This document shows positions 23,031 through 34,304 of a DNA stretch of 64,000 nucleotides, one piece after another. Source of the DNA: Mobula hypostoma (Eukaryota); assembly GCF_963921235.1 (NCBI RefSeq), contig NC_086108.1:55616001-55680000 (forward strand). Reading direction: 5' to 3'. The position numbers were made by a program, and so were the translations under genes. The notes beneath the pieces are model-generated. The model was not told the DNA's origin. It saw only the letters and a program-made list of their open reading frames with translations, and searched no databases. The number at the start of each line of letters is the position of its first letter. Positions within the stretch are counted from its first letter, which is position 1.

Positions 23031-24206
23031 CTCATCCAGCAACAAGCTTAACTAATGTGGTCAGCTCTGAACTCAAGGGTGATCTATTAGGTGTTTAAGC
23101 GTGTTAACTGTCATTGAAGAGAAAAGCTGCAACATACGCTGTCAGATAGATGATGGTTAAAGAAGTGTGTGAGGACCGTGCATATTGGAGATGAGTACAC
23201 ATCCATGCAGGCAGAGACAATGGTGTTGGGCTCATTTTCTGGCCAGTCTAACTGTATGAGGTAATCGGACCATTTAGAGGAGAGAAGAGATTTCTGCTCA
23301 TAAGGGAAATAATCAGATGCTTTTTATGGTGTACAGGCATGCAATAAGAAAAATGCTTGCCTGTATGTAGTTGTGGTCTTATAATATTGTGGTTGTAAGT
23401 TGCATTGCATCTGAGTGCAAAGAGTTGGTAACTTGAATTGTCAAATAGCTTTGTTACACTTCTATGTTTTTTTTAACACCGGGTCTAGATAAATTGCTGT
23501 TTATCTCAGAACAAGAGATTGAAAGTCTTAGGAGGCAGAATTATTCTTTATAAGAAAACGACCCATAGTTGGCCAGAACTATTTTCACTAAACATTGGGC
23601 TTTCCATGGTTTAAACACTTTTTAGATGTTTTCATTCAGGAAATGAGGCAAGGATCAACAACAACTTTACAGTTAGAGCCATTTCAATTTTTGGGTTCCT
23701 GGGCATCATTATTTTGCAAAACATCATGTGGGAGAACCATATTTCCTTCATTAATAAGAAAGGCTCAGCAGAGGATGTACGTCCTGTGACAATTTGTAGA
23801 ATTCCTTCTTCCCCAGAATATTATGGCGCAATTCTACACTGTCACCATAGAGAGCATCCTCAGTATTGTTAGGTGCCTCATCCTCTCATAATATATGAAA
23901 ACTACAGCAAATTCTCAGGTCAGTAGAAAGTACAAGAAGAGAACAATCAATATTGACCATTGCTGCAGGTAAAATAGTGAATTCATCATTGTGAAGCCTT
24001 GAGTTACATTTGAAACCTCTTTGATCAGAGTTGTCTCCATGCTGATGGATAATAACCATTGATCAAGCTCCCACAGCTCATTAGCTGGAAACCAGCATCT
24101 TCATTTTTTAAAGTCCTGATGCTGAAAGTTCACCTGAAACATTCACATTTTGTTCCCTCCACAGATGATGCTCAACCTGCTGAGTTGTTGAGGATGTTGC
24201 TGTGCT

Positions 24207-24430
24207 TCAAGGCAATGAGATATAAAGAGAGATTGAACAAGCTAGGACTTTATTCATTGGAGTGTTGGGGAATGAGGAGTGATGTATAACTGTATAAAAT
24301 AGAGTGAATGCAGACAGTCTTCCCAGAACTGGGGAATCAACAACCAGATTACAGAGACTGAGAGTGAGAAGAGAGAGTTTTAATAGGAATCTGAGAGGCA
24401 ACTTGTTTTTTTATCCAGAGGCTGGTCTAT
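24207..24430 (+). mobile_element. CR1 ORF2 C-terminal fragment
   Basis: YKERLNKLGLYSLE..MRSD. Confidence 0.75.
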
Positions 24431-25419
24431 ACATGGTCTCTTGTTCCTCCTTAATTTTCCTGTCAGTCTAAAGCACGTCAGCAGGAAGAGCAGAACTGTT
24501 ACTTCACATGCCGTACTAGTCAATTGCTACCTTCTGAAAATTCAGGGCGAAGTGACTGAAAGTTTGCATCTGGGGTTCACAGATTAAACTAAAATGTTTC
24601 CTTTCTTTTATTTTCATGTAAAATTCTAGTGCTTGCATTGAAATTGAAGCTGTCTTTTAATCTACTCATATTATAATTGCTCTCTTCTATAGTGCCTGTG
24701 CAAGACAGAAAATAAAACTAAAACCTGTCCATTTTTATGTCAGTAATCAGTGGACAAATGAATTAAAAATAAATTAACTCAGAATGCATAAACCTAAGAT
24801 GTGACTATATTACGATTTACAATGGATGAACACTGTCTTAAGTTTGCCTATATTAGTATTTCTCCCTCTCTTTATGAACACTGTGTCGTTTTATGTAGAA
24901 TCCTGCCTCCCTGTGGCTAAATTAATAAATATTCAATTGAGACAAGACCGAACATAAACCAAGAAACTGATATATTTCCTATAGGTTATGGAACTGAACA
25001 AAATATTGTTGTTTATTTCATGCAACTTCCAATAGCACAGAAAATAACAAAAGATTGAATTGCCAAATATAGTGCCTAGCAATCATTAACCAGATTTTTT
25101 TTGCCACTTTTCCTATTAAAGCTTAGTTCAGACAGTATTTCTATCTTGGTTGTGTAAATGATAGATTTGACTGCTGATTTTTCCTTCAGCTCTCTGCATT
25201 AAGGGAGCTTTTACTGAATTTGAAATCAAAATGTTTTAACCTTAATCAGAAATATTATTACCCTTGGTTTGCTTCATCCTCAACCATTTTTTCAGCTAAG
25301 GTTCTTGATAATCTGATATGCTCAAGATATCAAACTTTCAATAAGTTTCAATTTCCCAATTTGCTAATGAACTGTTTTGTCTCAGATTAAAATGCAAATA
25401 GAAATGCCACTAGTGATGT

Positions 25420-26080
25420 CCATAAGACCATAAGATACAGGAGCAGAATTAGGCCATTTGGCCCATCGAGTTTCCTCTGCTATTTCATTATGTCTCATCC
25501 ATTTTTCCTTGCCGCCCCAGTCTCCTGCCTTCCCCCTATAGCCCTTCATGCCCTGATTAATCAAGAATCTGTCAACTCTTGCCTTAAATATACATAAAGA
25601 CTTGTCTTCCACAGCTGCCTGTGGCAAAGAATACCACAGATTCACCACTCTCTGGCTAAAGAAATTCCTCCTCATCTCTGTTCTAAAAGGATGCCCCTCT
25701 ACTGAGGCAGTGTCCTCTGATCTTCGACACTCACACTGTAGAAACATCCTCTCCACATCCACTCTACCAAGGCCTTTCACCATTTGATAGGTTTCAATGA
25801 GGACACCCCTCATTCTTCTGAATTCCAGTGAATAGACCCAGGGCCATCTAAAGCTCTTCATATGATAAGCCATTCAATCCTGGAATCATTTTCATGAAAC
25901 TTCTTTGAACCCTCTCTGGTTTCAGCAATCCCTTCGAAGATAAGGGGCCCAAAGCTGCTCACACTACTGTAAATGATGACTCACCAGTGCTTTATAAAGT
26001 CTCAACATTACATCCTTGCTTTTATATTCTAGTCCTCTTGAGATGAATGCTAACGTTACATTTGCCTTCCTCACCACAGT
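25420..26080 (-). mobile_element. CR1 3' fragment
   Basis: YSLEFRRMRGVLIETY...RRNFFSQRVVNLWYSLP. cataagac tail repeats at 25421. Confidence 0.9.
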
Positions 26081-26989
26081 TATCTATTATCAGTCAATGG
26101 ATTTAATTCGTCTGGCCAATCTGACCAAACCGTTTGAGAATTAGAAATTATTAGCTTTTTGTGTTCTGATTTTAATAATATCTAAACATTTTCTTGAAGA
26201 TAACTAACCAAAGCTATTCATGTTATAAAGCCTGTCCCTCATTCAATCCCAGAACTTGATATTTTGCTTCCTGGCAAACAGACTGGTGTTTAGCTGTGAG
26301 GAGGGGGTAAGGAAAACGCCAAGGAAACAGCCTTCAACCAAGAAAACTGAAGCAGTAAGTTCTCCCCTTCGGTTATTTTGCTTTATTTTTAACCAGGAGT
26401 GGAGCAACCCCTTTATGCGAGAGCTGTCGCTTCTACATAGCTTCTGCTCTGAATTACAAACAGGATCAGCCCTGAGATCTCAGGTGATCGGTCTGATGTG
26501 CTTTTGGTGACAGTTATTCAATATAATGATCTTGAGAATGAAATTCAATGTGAGCATGAGTAGAACGGACCAGGTGAGGACAGGCAGGTTTCTTTCATAA
26601 ATGACATCAGTGAAGCAGATGGTTTTCACAAGACAGTGCTTCCAGTAACCATTAGCAATACTGGTGTTCTTTATGTTCTGAGATTATGTTTAATTCAGTG
26701 GATTGAAATTTTCAGCTGCCGTGATGGACTTTGAATTTGTGCCTCCAGAACCCCACTATAGTAATAATGTCAACAGATTAAAACATTAAACTCTGGATTA
26801 AAAAATCAAAAAGTTGTAAAAGATTGGAATGCAGATTGAAAAGGAATATGGTTGAAACCTTGAAGTTGAATCTCCAACAGAGTAAATATGATTCTTTTCA
26901 AGTGAAAAGCTTAAATGATAGGCCAAGGTACAATGCAGTGCATTACTAAGTCTGAAGAAAATAAAAGACAATACAATAAAGGAATAAAC

Positions 26990-27120
26990 ACAACAGGTTC
27001 TGCGTATGCTGGAAATCTAGAGTAACAAACAGACTGCTGGAGGAACTCAGCAGGTCAGGTAAAATGGATGGAAAGGATTAAAGAGTTGGCATTTTGGGCT
27101 GAGGCCCTTCATTAGGACTA
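26990..27120 (-). mobile_element. Penelope terminal remnant
   Basis: tgctggaggaactcagcaggtcagg...ttttgggctgaggcccttcattaggact. Confidence 0.7.
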
Positions 27121-27229
27121 TGATGAAATAAGTGAAGAGGTAGTGTAGAGGATAGCAAAGTTGAGTTTCACCTCTGTAGGTTATAAAATGAAGTGAAAAC
27201 TGTGAGTTGCCGGTTTGAGTTTTGGAGTC

Positions 27230-27570
27230 ATACAGTATGAAAACAAGTCCTTCAGCACACCAAGTCTTCAAGCACCCATTTACTCTAATCCAATTACATT
27301 CTCCCTATATTCCCATCAATTTCCCCAGATCCCACCACACAACTTACAATGTGTGGGTTATCACACAATTTACAGGGATAATATACAGTGGCAATCAACC
27401 TGACAATCTAAATGCCTTGGGGAGGAGCAGGGGAGAGAAACTTAAAGCACCTGGAAAAAAAACCCACACAGTCACAGGGAGAATGTGCTAACTCCTCCCA
27501 AAGCACTCGATGCCAGGGTGGTCCATTCATTGTGGCTGTGAGGCAGCAACTCTGCCGTCTGGATCATTAT
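27230..27570 (-). mobile_element. V-SINE (HE1-like), degraded
   Basis: Reverse V-core aaagcacctggaaaaaaaacccacacagtcacagggagaatgtgctaactcc, plus a tRNA-like head near 27520-27570. Confidence 0.6.
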
Positions 27571-28057
27571 GTAGCTTTTATTCTGAGAAAGAATGCTTTC
27601 AAATTAGAAAGTACTTGGATGAATATTTATTGATGCCTTTGTATATTAAGTTATAGATAGAGCTGGGAAGTAGGATACACTAAATAGATTTTCTTCATTT
27701 AGCATGTTTGCACTGGGTAAACCGGCCATCAGGTTACTGATCAATGAAGCTTAACTTGACCAAAATCTGATTTTAATCCAATCTCTATATGCTGTAACAT
27801 TTTTGTATATGTCAAAGAAGAAGTTTATTTCAGTACCAGTGTAATGTAAAAAAAAATACCTTTCATGAAGAAAATCTCAAACACAATAAAAGTAAAAAAA
27901 AAATGCAGGGACTAAATAGAAGGTGAGAAGTTGATTTGAGAAGAACTCCAAACTATCTTTTACTCTTCTTTTGCACATTGTTATCTGCGAAGCTAGAAAC
28001 ATTTTTTGGTTTTTTTTGTAAGTGTCCTCTGTTAGGTCTATGTCCAAATGCCTTGCA

Positions 28058-28480
28058 TTGAATTGACTTGAATTGACTTTACTTCTTACATCCTTCACAT
28101 ACATGAGGAGTAAAAATCTTTATGTTACGTTTCCATCTAAATATGCAATGTGCAATCATAGTAATTTGTAATAATTTATAATAAATAGAACAGTCAATGT
28201 AATATAGAGTACACTCAAGTCAGCGTGAGTTCATCAGTCTGATGGCCTGGTGGAAGAAGCTGTCCCGGAGCCTGTTGGTCCTGGCTTCTATGCTGCAGTA
28301 CCATCTCCTGGATGGTAGCAGCTGGAATAGATTGTGGTTGGGGTGATTCAGGTCCCCAGTGATCCTGCAGGCCCTTTTTACACACCTGTCCTTGTAAATG
28401 TCCTGAATCATGGGAAGTTCACAACTACAGATATGCTGGCCTGTCCAATCAGCGCTTACAATCTGATCCAGGCCGTGTGC
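28058..28480 (-). mobile_element. Rex-Babar LINE 3' fragment
   Basis: CELPMIQDIYKDRCVKRA...FQLLPSRRWY...RTNRLRDSFFHQAIRLMN. (ttcaa)n-type tail. Same family as 46103-46816. Confidence 0.85.
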
Positions 28481-29689
28481 AAACATTGTGTTTACCTCAG
28501 TGTGGCAGATAATTTTCATATGAAACATCTGCAAAGAGCCCAATCCTACCTCCTTAACTCTGATTTAGAATGATAGTTCTTGTTTGTGGAAGGACAGATT
28601 TCAAGAAAATAAAATTGACTGAATTCTGCCACCTACTGTCGGAACAATGAACTTCATCCTTATGATACATTTTTAATATTCTAGGCAGTACTTGCAATGA
28701 CTGAATAGAAGTCAAGAAGCAACAGGGAAACTTATATTTTTTTTTAAATCATGGAAATGAGGGCCACGGAGAACTAGCACAGAGACATGAGGCCTGAGGC
28801 AGATCAGACATAATTGTATTGAATGGGAAGGCAGGATTGAAGGGCTAAGTGAATTACCCTGCGCCTGTGTTCTTAAGTTGACATGCTGCCTTGGAGAGGA
28901 TTTGCGCAGTATGTTAGGGTGACATTTTTATTTGTATAACATGCCATCAGTTTATAGTTAAATATCGGTCAAGGTAAGCTTCTTTTCATAGAATCACAGA
29001 ATTGTTACAGACATTAGAGTTTATTTCTACCCGTCCATGCCAACTCTGTCAGTAATCCAATCAGTCCCACTCTCTAATTGTTGAATGCAACAATTGAATC
29101 TTACATCAATTTGACCCCTCACAGTACATTCTAGATGTGAACCACTTGTTGGGCAAAAAGATTTTCTTCATGTCACATTGAGCACTTTTACTGATTACTA
29201 GCTTGCTACAATTTTGAGTTTGATCGTGGCCGAGCCATTGTTTTATAAAGTCATTGTTGTAATAGGTGTTGATCCCCCTGCCCATGGAAACAAATTCTCT
29301 TTATCTGCCTTTCATTACTTTTAAATTCCCCAGTCAGATTTGTCACAACTACTCTATCCAAAGATTCCACACTGACCATTACACACCCATTTTTGATCCT
29401 ACATTAATCCCATTTTTAGTCTCCCCACATTCTCATCTACCTCAACAACCATAGCTTCTATGGTGTATTCAAAATACTGAAATACTTTATCTCCAGAATC
29501 TCGTCTACAACTTTAATAAATTTGTATCATTCCTGAGGTGAGCCACGTAGAGCTGGGCATTACAATCCAGTTGTGGCCAAGTTAGTGGTCTACAGAGGTT
29601 CATTGTGACTTTTTTGCTCCAGTGTTCTTTCCTGTATCAATGAAGCACATGGTCTATCCTTCATTTTTCTGTGGAGCTTGAGGAAATTG

Positions 29690-30150
29690 GCTCTCTCACC
29701 AAACAGGTGTACAGTGGCGAGCAGTCTTACTGGTTGCATCACAGCCTGGTGTGGAGGTTCCAATGCACAGGATCGCAAAAGATTGTAGACGATTGTAGAT
29801 TCAGCCTTGCTTTCCATAAAGACATCTTCAAGAAGCATTGCCTCAAGAAGGCAGCATCCAACATTAAAGACCCTCACCACCTGGGATAGGTCCTCTTTCT
29901 GTTACTACCTTCAGAGAAGAGGTAGGCACAGGATCCTGAAGACACACACTCAACATTTTAGGAATTCCTTCTTCCCCTCTGCCATCAGATTTCTGACTGG
30001 TCCATGAATCCATGAATACTACCTCATTGTTCATTTTTTATACTGTATATTTATTTTGTAACTTGTCATTTTTATGTTTTGCATTGAACTGCAGCTGTAA
30101 AGTATTGTTTCACAACATATGTCACTAATAATAAACCCGATTTTGATTCT
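29690..30150 (+). mobile_element. Rex-Babar LINE 3' fragment (older subfamily)
   Basis: KHCLKKAASNIKDPHH; THTQHFRNSFFPSAIRFL. Tail aataaacccgattttgattct. Confidence 0.75.
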
Positions 30151-31677
30151 TATGCTTTAGCTCACTCTAATGGATTATATAAATATATAGTATCCCAATG
30201 CCTTTCTCTTCTTGTACCACTTTTGAATTGTGCATGCTACATTCCCACTTCTTATTACCAAAATGTATATTTTCAGCTTGACATTTTGCTAGTTAGTGTC
30301 TCCACAAATGAGTCAGGTGCTGGGCAGTTCTTATAATATCTTGGGCAGGTAACAGTTCTGTTTCATAGGATTTGAGATAGTTAATCTTGTAGTAGGTAGC
30401 TAAGAGCAATTATAACTACTTGTATTTATAATTCGGATGTTGATTTCCAAGTTCCCATCAACATTAATGAACTTAACTTTCAGTGTTCCTATCGTAGACT
30501 TGCTCCCCATCACTGCTTTATTTCATTAAATGTTCTTGTATTCTTTATTATTTCTAGTATGATCAATTAAACTATATTTACTAAATATTATATCCTGTGC
30601 AAATTAAACAATCGCTATCTACAATGGCTTAGAGGACTACATGGTTCTGATTATACCTAATCATCTGGAAGTCAGGAGTTTCCAAAAGAAGTAATACTTT
30701 GTGATTTTTAATTCATAATGTAGAGGAACAAAATTGCATGGAAGTCAAGCAATTCAGAAGTGGAAACATGAGTAATTTCTTCCTCTAGGTTAAAATGGAC
30801 AAGCTGAAGTTTATATATGTATCTTTGTAGTTCATCCCAAGAAAAGTGACAGCACATTGCAGTGGTCCAGTATAGCAGAAAAAGATCCAAGGACAAAGTG
30901 TCAGAAGTGCCAGTCTTATTCCAAACACAGGACTCATTACTTCCGGTCCAATTTCTACCCAAATGAAGTTGAGTTTTTCAGGCATGATCACTTAAAATTA
31001 TTCAATTGGAACAAAATACTGCAGATACTAGAAATCCAAAATGAAACAAAAAATTGGTCAGCAGGTTGAGCAGCATCTGTGGAGAAAGAAATGGATTTGC
31101 TGTTTCGTGTCAAAGGCTGTTCTTCAGAATTGGAAAAGTAAGAAGACGAATGTGTTTTATGTTGCAGAGGGGCAGACAGAAGAGGCAAAAATACTTCAAA
31201 AGAATTATTGGTTGGAGGATGGGGGAAAAAATAAACAACTAAAGCAAAGAGGTACAGCCTGATCTGAGGAAAGAAAAAAATAAAGACATGAGGCCATTGA
31301 AGTTATAGAGACTGGTAGGCTGAAAGCTGAGGATGTTATACCTTGACCTGGCGTAAATGAGATGAGATGAGAAGGTGAGAGCAGAAGTGTGGATGAATGA
31401 AGAATTGCCTCTGAAAATAAGGGAAGTTTATTCTTGGATTGCATATATTATCACATGAGGGCTGTCAGGCTTGGTATATTGCATGATGTTTGAAATTAAA
31501 ATCTTAATTAAGGATAACTCTTGTTTCCTTCAAGAATGTTACTCTTCATCCTGTTCTAAGCTTCCAGTGGTCTTGCAAGCAAAATGATCAATTTTGTATA
31601 AAGTTAGTGAAAGTGAGGAGAGTAATTGTGGTGTGAATGTGTTAGCAACTGAAGTTAGTGGATGTAATTTTTCAGGT

Positions 31678-32487
31678 GGTTCAATGGTTCCAGTTACTAT
31701 CAGAGAATGTATACAGTGTACAGCCTGAAATTCTTATTCTTCACAGACATCCACGAAACAGAAGGAAAAACCTCCAAACAACGAATTACAGAATAATGTT
31801 AGAACCCCAAAGCCCCTCCTCCCCTCCCATGCACAAGCAGCAGCAGCAAAGTATCAACCTTCCCCCTCGCCTTCCCCCCACCTGCTTCAGCATGTATCAG
31901 CCCCCACCACTCGCCCACTCGCCGTGCAAGCAGTAGCAAAGCCCCCAAGGAGACGATGATCTGGAGTCCATCAAAAACCACTGTCCATCCCAACAGTTCA
32001 AAATCGCACAATCTCTGTGAGAGAGGGAGAGAGAAAAGAAAAAAAAAGAGAGAATTCCTGCCACCACAACAGGGGAGAGTAGCAGCTTGCTGTTTCAACG
32101 TTAGTCTATAACATCACTTTAGTTCTAGTTCTCCTGACTCGAGATCAGCAACAGACTGTCTCTCACCATCGAGAGAGAGAGAGAGAGATTACTGGAGCGC
32201 AAAGGTCACTGTTTCAATATTCCAATCTCCCGTGACACCAGCGAGGAATCGGGTTGTCTACAAGGCTGCACCCTGAAGGCTCACATCTTACAGGCTGTTC
32301 CTGGAGATATCAAAAATACTAGGCTGCTCGGTGAGCTTCGAGAGTGGGAAGCCACTCTGCAGTTTTGGTGCAGCTGTAAATCATGGGCTCCAACAGGATT
32401 CTGACCACCTTGAAAAGGAAAGAAGAAACATTAAAGGAAAGATGAACTAGAAGAAATCACCCTCTGGTGCCATATTTAGCTCCTCCC
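31678..32487 (-). mobile_element. Non-coding, non-autonomous LINE-like element (about 810 bp)
   Basis: Minus strand starts ggaggagctaaatatggcacc and ends gtatacattctctgat...ggaaccattgaacc. Other copies at 1-308 and 5215-5400. Confidence 0.6.
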
Positions 32488-32837
32488 TCTTATGTATTGA
32501 TGTGCTGTATACTTAACAATGTGCCGGAGTGGTATGCTAGAATTGTTAAGCCTCATTTGTAACTGTCCAAAGGTATTTTGTGTCACGTTTCAAACAATAA
32601 GTTTTTATCTTATTAGTTTTGGCTGTATTCAAACATAAATACCAGAAGCAAAATATCTCCTAACCCCTGTTCCTAACCCAGTGGAGCAGCAGTCCATAAT
32701 GGTCATTGTGGGAAGCTTTTGGTATTTGTATTTGTAGCCTTTTATTAAATTTTTGATGATAATGTATTTTGCTATTATATTTTCATTGTTCAAAAAGGAA
32801 CTTCTGTTTCTCCTTCCTTAATATTCACTGAATTAGT

Positions 32838-33162
32838 TGGCACATGACCAAGTGGTTAAGGCATTGGTCTAGTGATCTGAAGGTCGCTAGTTCAAGCCTT
32901 GGCTGAGGCAGCATGTGTGTCCTTGAGCAAGGCACTTAACCACACATTGCTCTGCGATGACACTGATGCCAAGCTGTATGGGTCCTAATGCCCTTCCCTT
33001 GGACAACATCGGTGGCGTGGAGAGGGGAGAGGCAGCATGAGCAACTGCCGGTCTTCCATATAACCTTGCCCAGTCCTGCACCCTGGAAACCTTCCAAGGC
33101 GCAAATCCATGGTCTCACAAGACTAATGGATGCCTATATATATATATATATATATATATATA
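32838..33162 (+). mobile_element. tRNA-derived CORE-like SINE with (TA)n tail
   Basis: A-box tgaccaagtgg, B-box agttcaagcc, CORE-like gtgtccttgagcaaggcacttaacc, ends in (ta)n. Confidence 0.8.
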
Positions 33163-33867
33163 ACACCTCAAGCTTAATGGATATTACCTGACTTTTAGTG
33201 AAGTACTGCAAAGAACATTTCCTGATTCTTCTGCACTGATTGTTTTGAGTAATTATTGTCAGTGTCAGTGTCAGAGTTTGACTTGACCTATCATGGATTT
33301 TCAAGCTTTATCACAAATAATTGGTTATATCAGCTTGTTCGTCTGAATTTCAAAATATAACATATAAGAATGATTGGACCTTCAACAATCAGTGGTGAAT
33401 CCTAAATGATTTTGTGAATAAACATCACTAATGATGTATGTTTTTGAGACTTCAATGTTCAGTTCATATATTTGCTAATTATTGACATTTAAAGTGGTTA
33501 TACAATTCCTTATATATTATTTGGCTTCCATTCCCTCCATAGAAATCATAGAAAGGATATAAGAACATTTAACAAAATAAAACAGGGGTAGGAGAGCAGA
33601 GCAGGTTGAAGGATGGTAGTATTGTGGGAAATAATCTCTTTGTTGAAACAATATCTAGCAAAAAGAAGCTGGGAAACTTTATAATCACATAACACAGATG
33701 GAGGCTGTTCTACCATTATGACCATGCCATCTCTTTGAACGGCCTGTCAAACTAGTTCATTTCCTCACCTCTTTTCTTTGGGCTTTCATATTTTCCCCTT
33801 CAAGTGTGTAACTAATTCATTTTAAAGTTTTTGTTACAAAATCATCAAGCTACTATGCTTTTAAGCA

Positions 33868-34035
33868 AACAAAAGAAAATCTGCAGAGGCTGGAAATCAG
33901 AGCAACATACACAAAATATCGGTGGAACTCAACAGGCCATGCAGCATCATTGGAAAAGAATAAACAATCGCCAATTCAGGCTGAGACCCTTCACCAGGAC
34001 TCAAATAGTCAACGTTTCAGGCCAAAGCCCTCTCA
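33868..34035 (-). mobile_element. Penelope terminal remnant with two tandem decayed hammerhead halves
   Basis: ttcaggctgagacccttcaccaggact followed by agtcaacgtttcaggccaaagccct. Confidence 0.7.
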
Positions 34036-34304
34036 AGCAGTTCTTTTTAATGGGCTTCTCAATTTGTCATGTCATGTTCAAAGATTTGTATTCTGCTATC
34101 TTTTTCATGCACCCACATTAATATTGTACAATGTAGTTAATATTATCTTTCTGCATCCTTCCTGCAAAATGTGTTATTTCACGTTTCTCTGTTTCTTAAT
34201 GTATCTATCAGTCCAACAGTTTACAATATTTCCAAATTTTGTCATTACAAACTTTAAAATGATGCTTTGTGTGCAACAGACCAGATAATTATATATTTTA
34301 AAAA

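Noticed and set aside
32838..32915. tRNA gene
   Set aside because: A and B boxes are present but the cloverleaf is incomplete and it continues into a SINE body and (TA)n tail.
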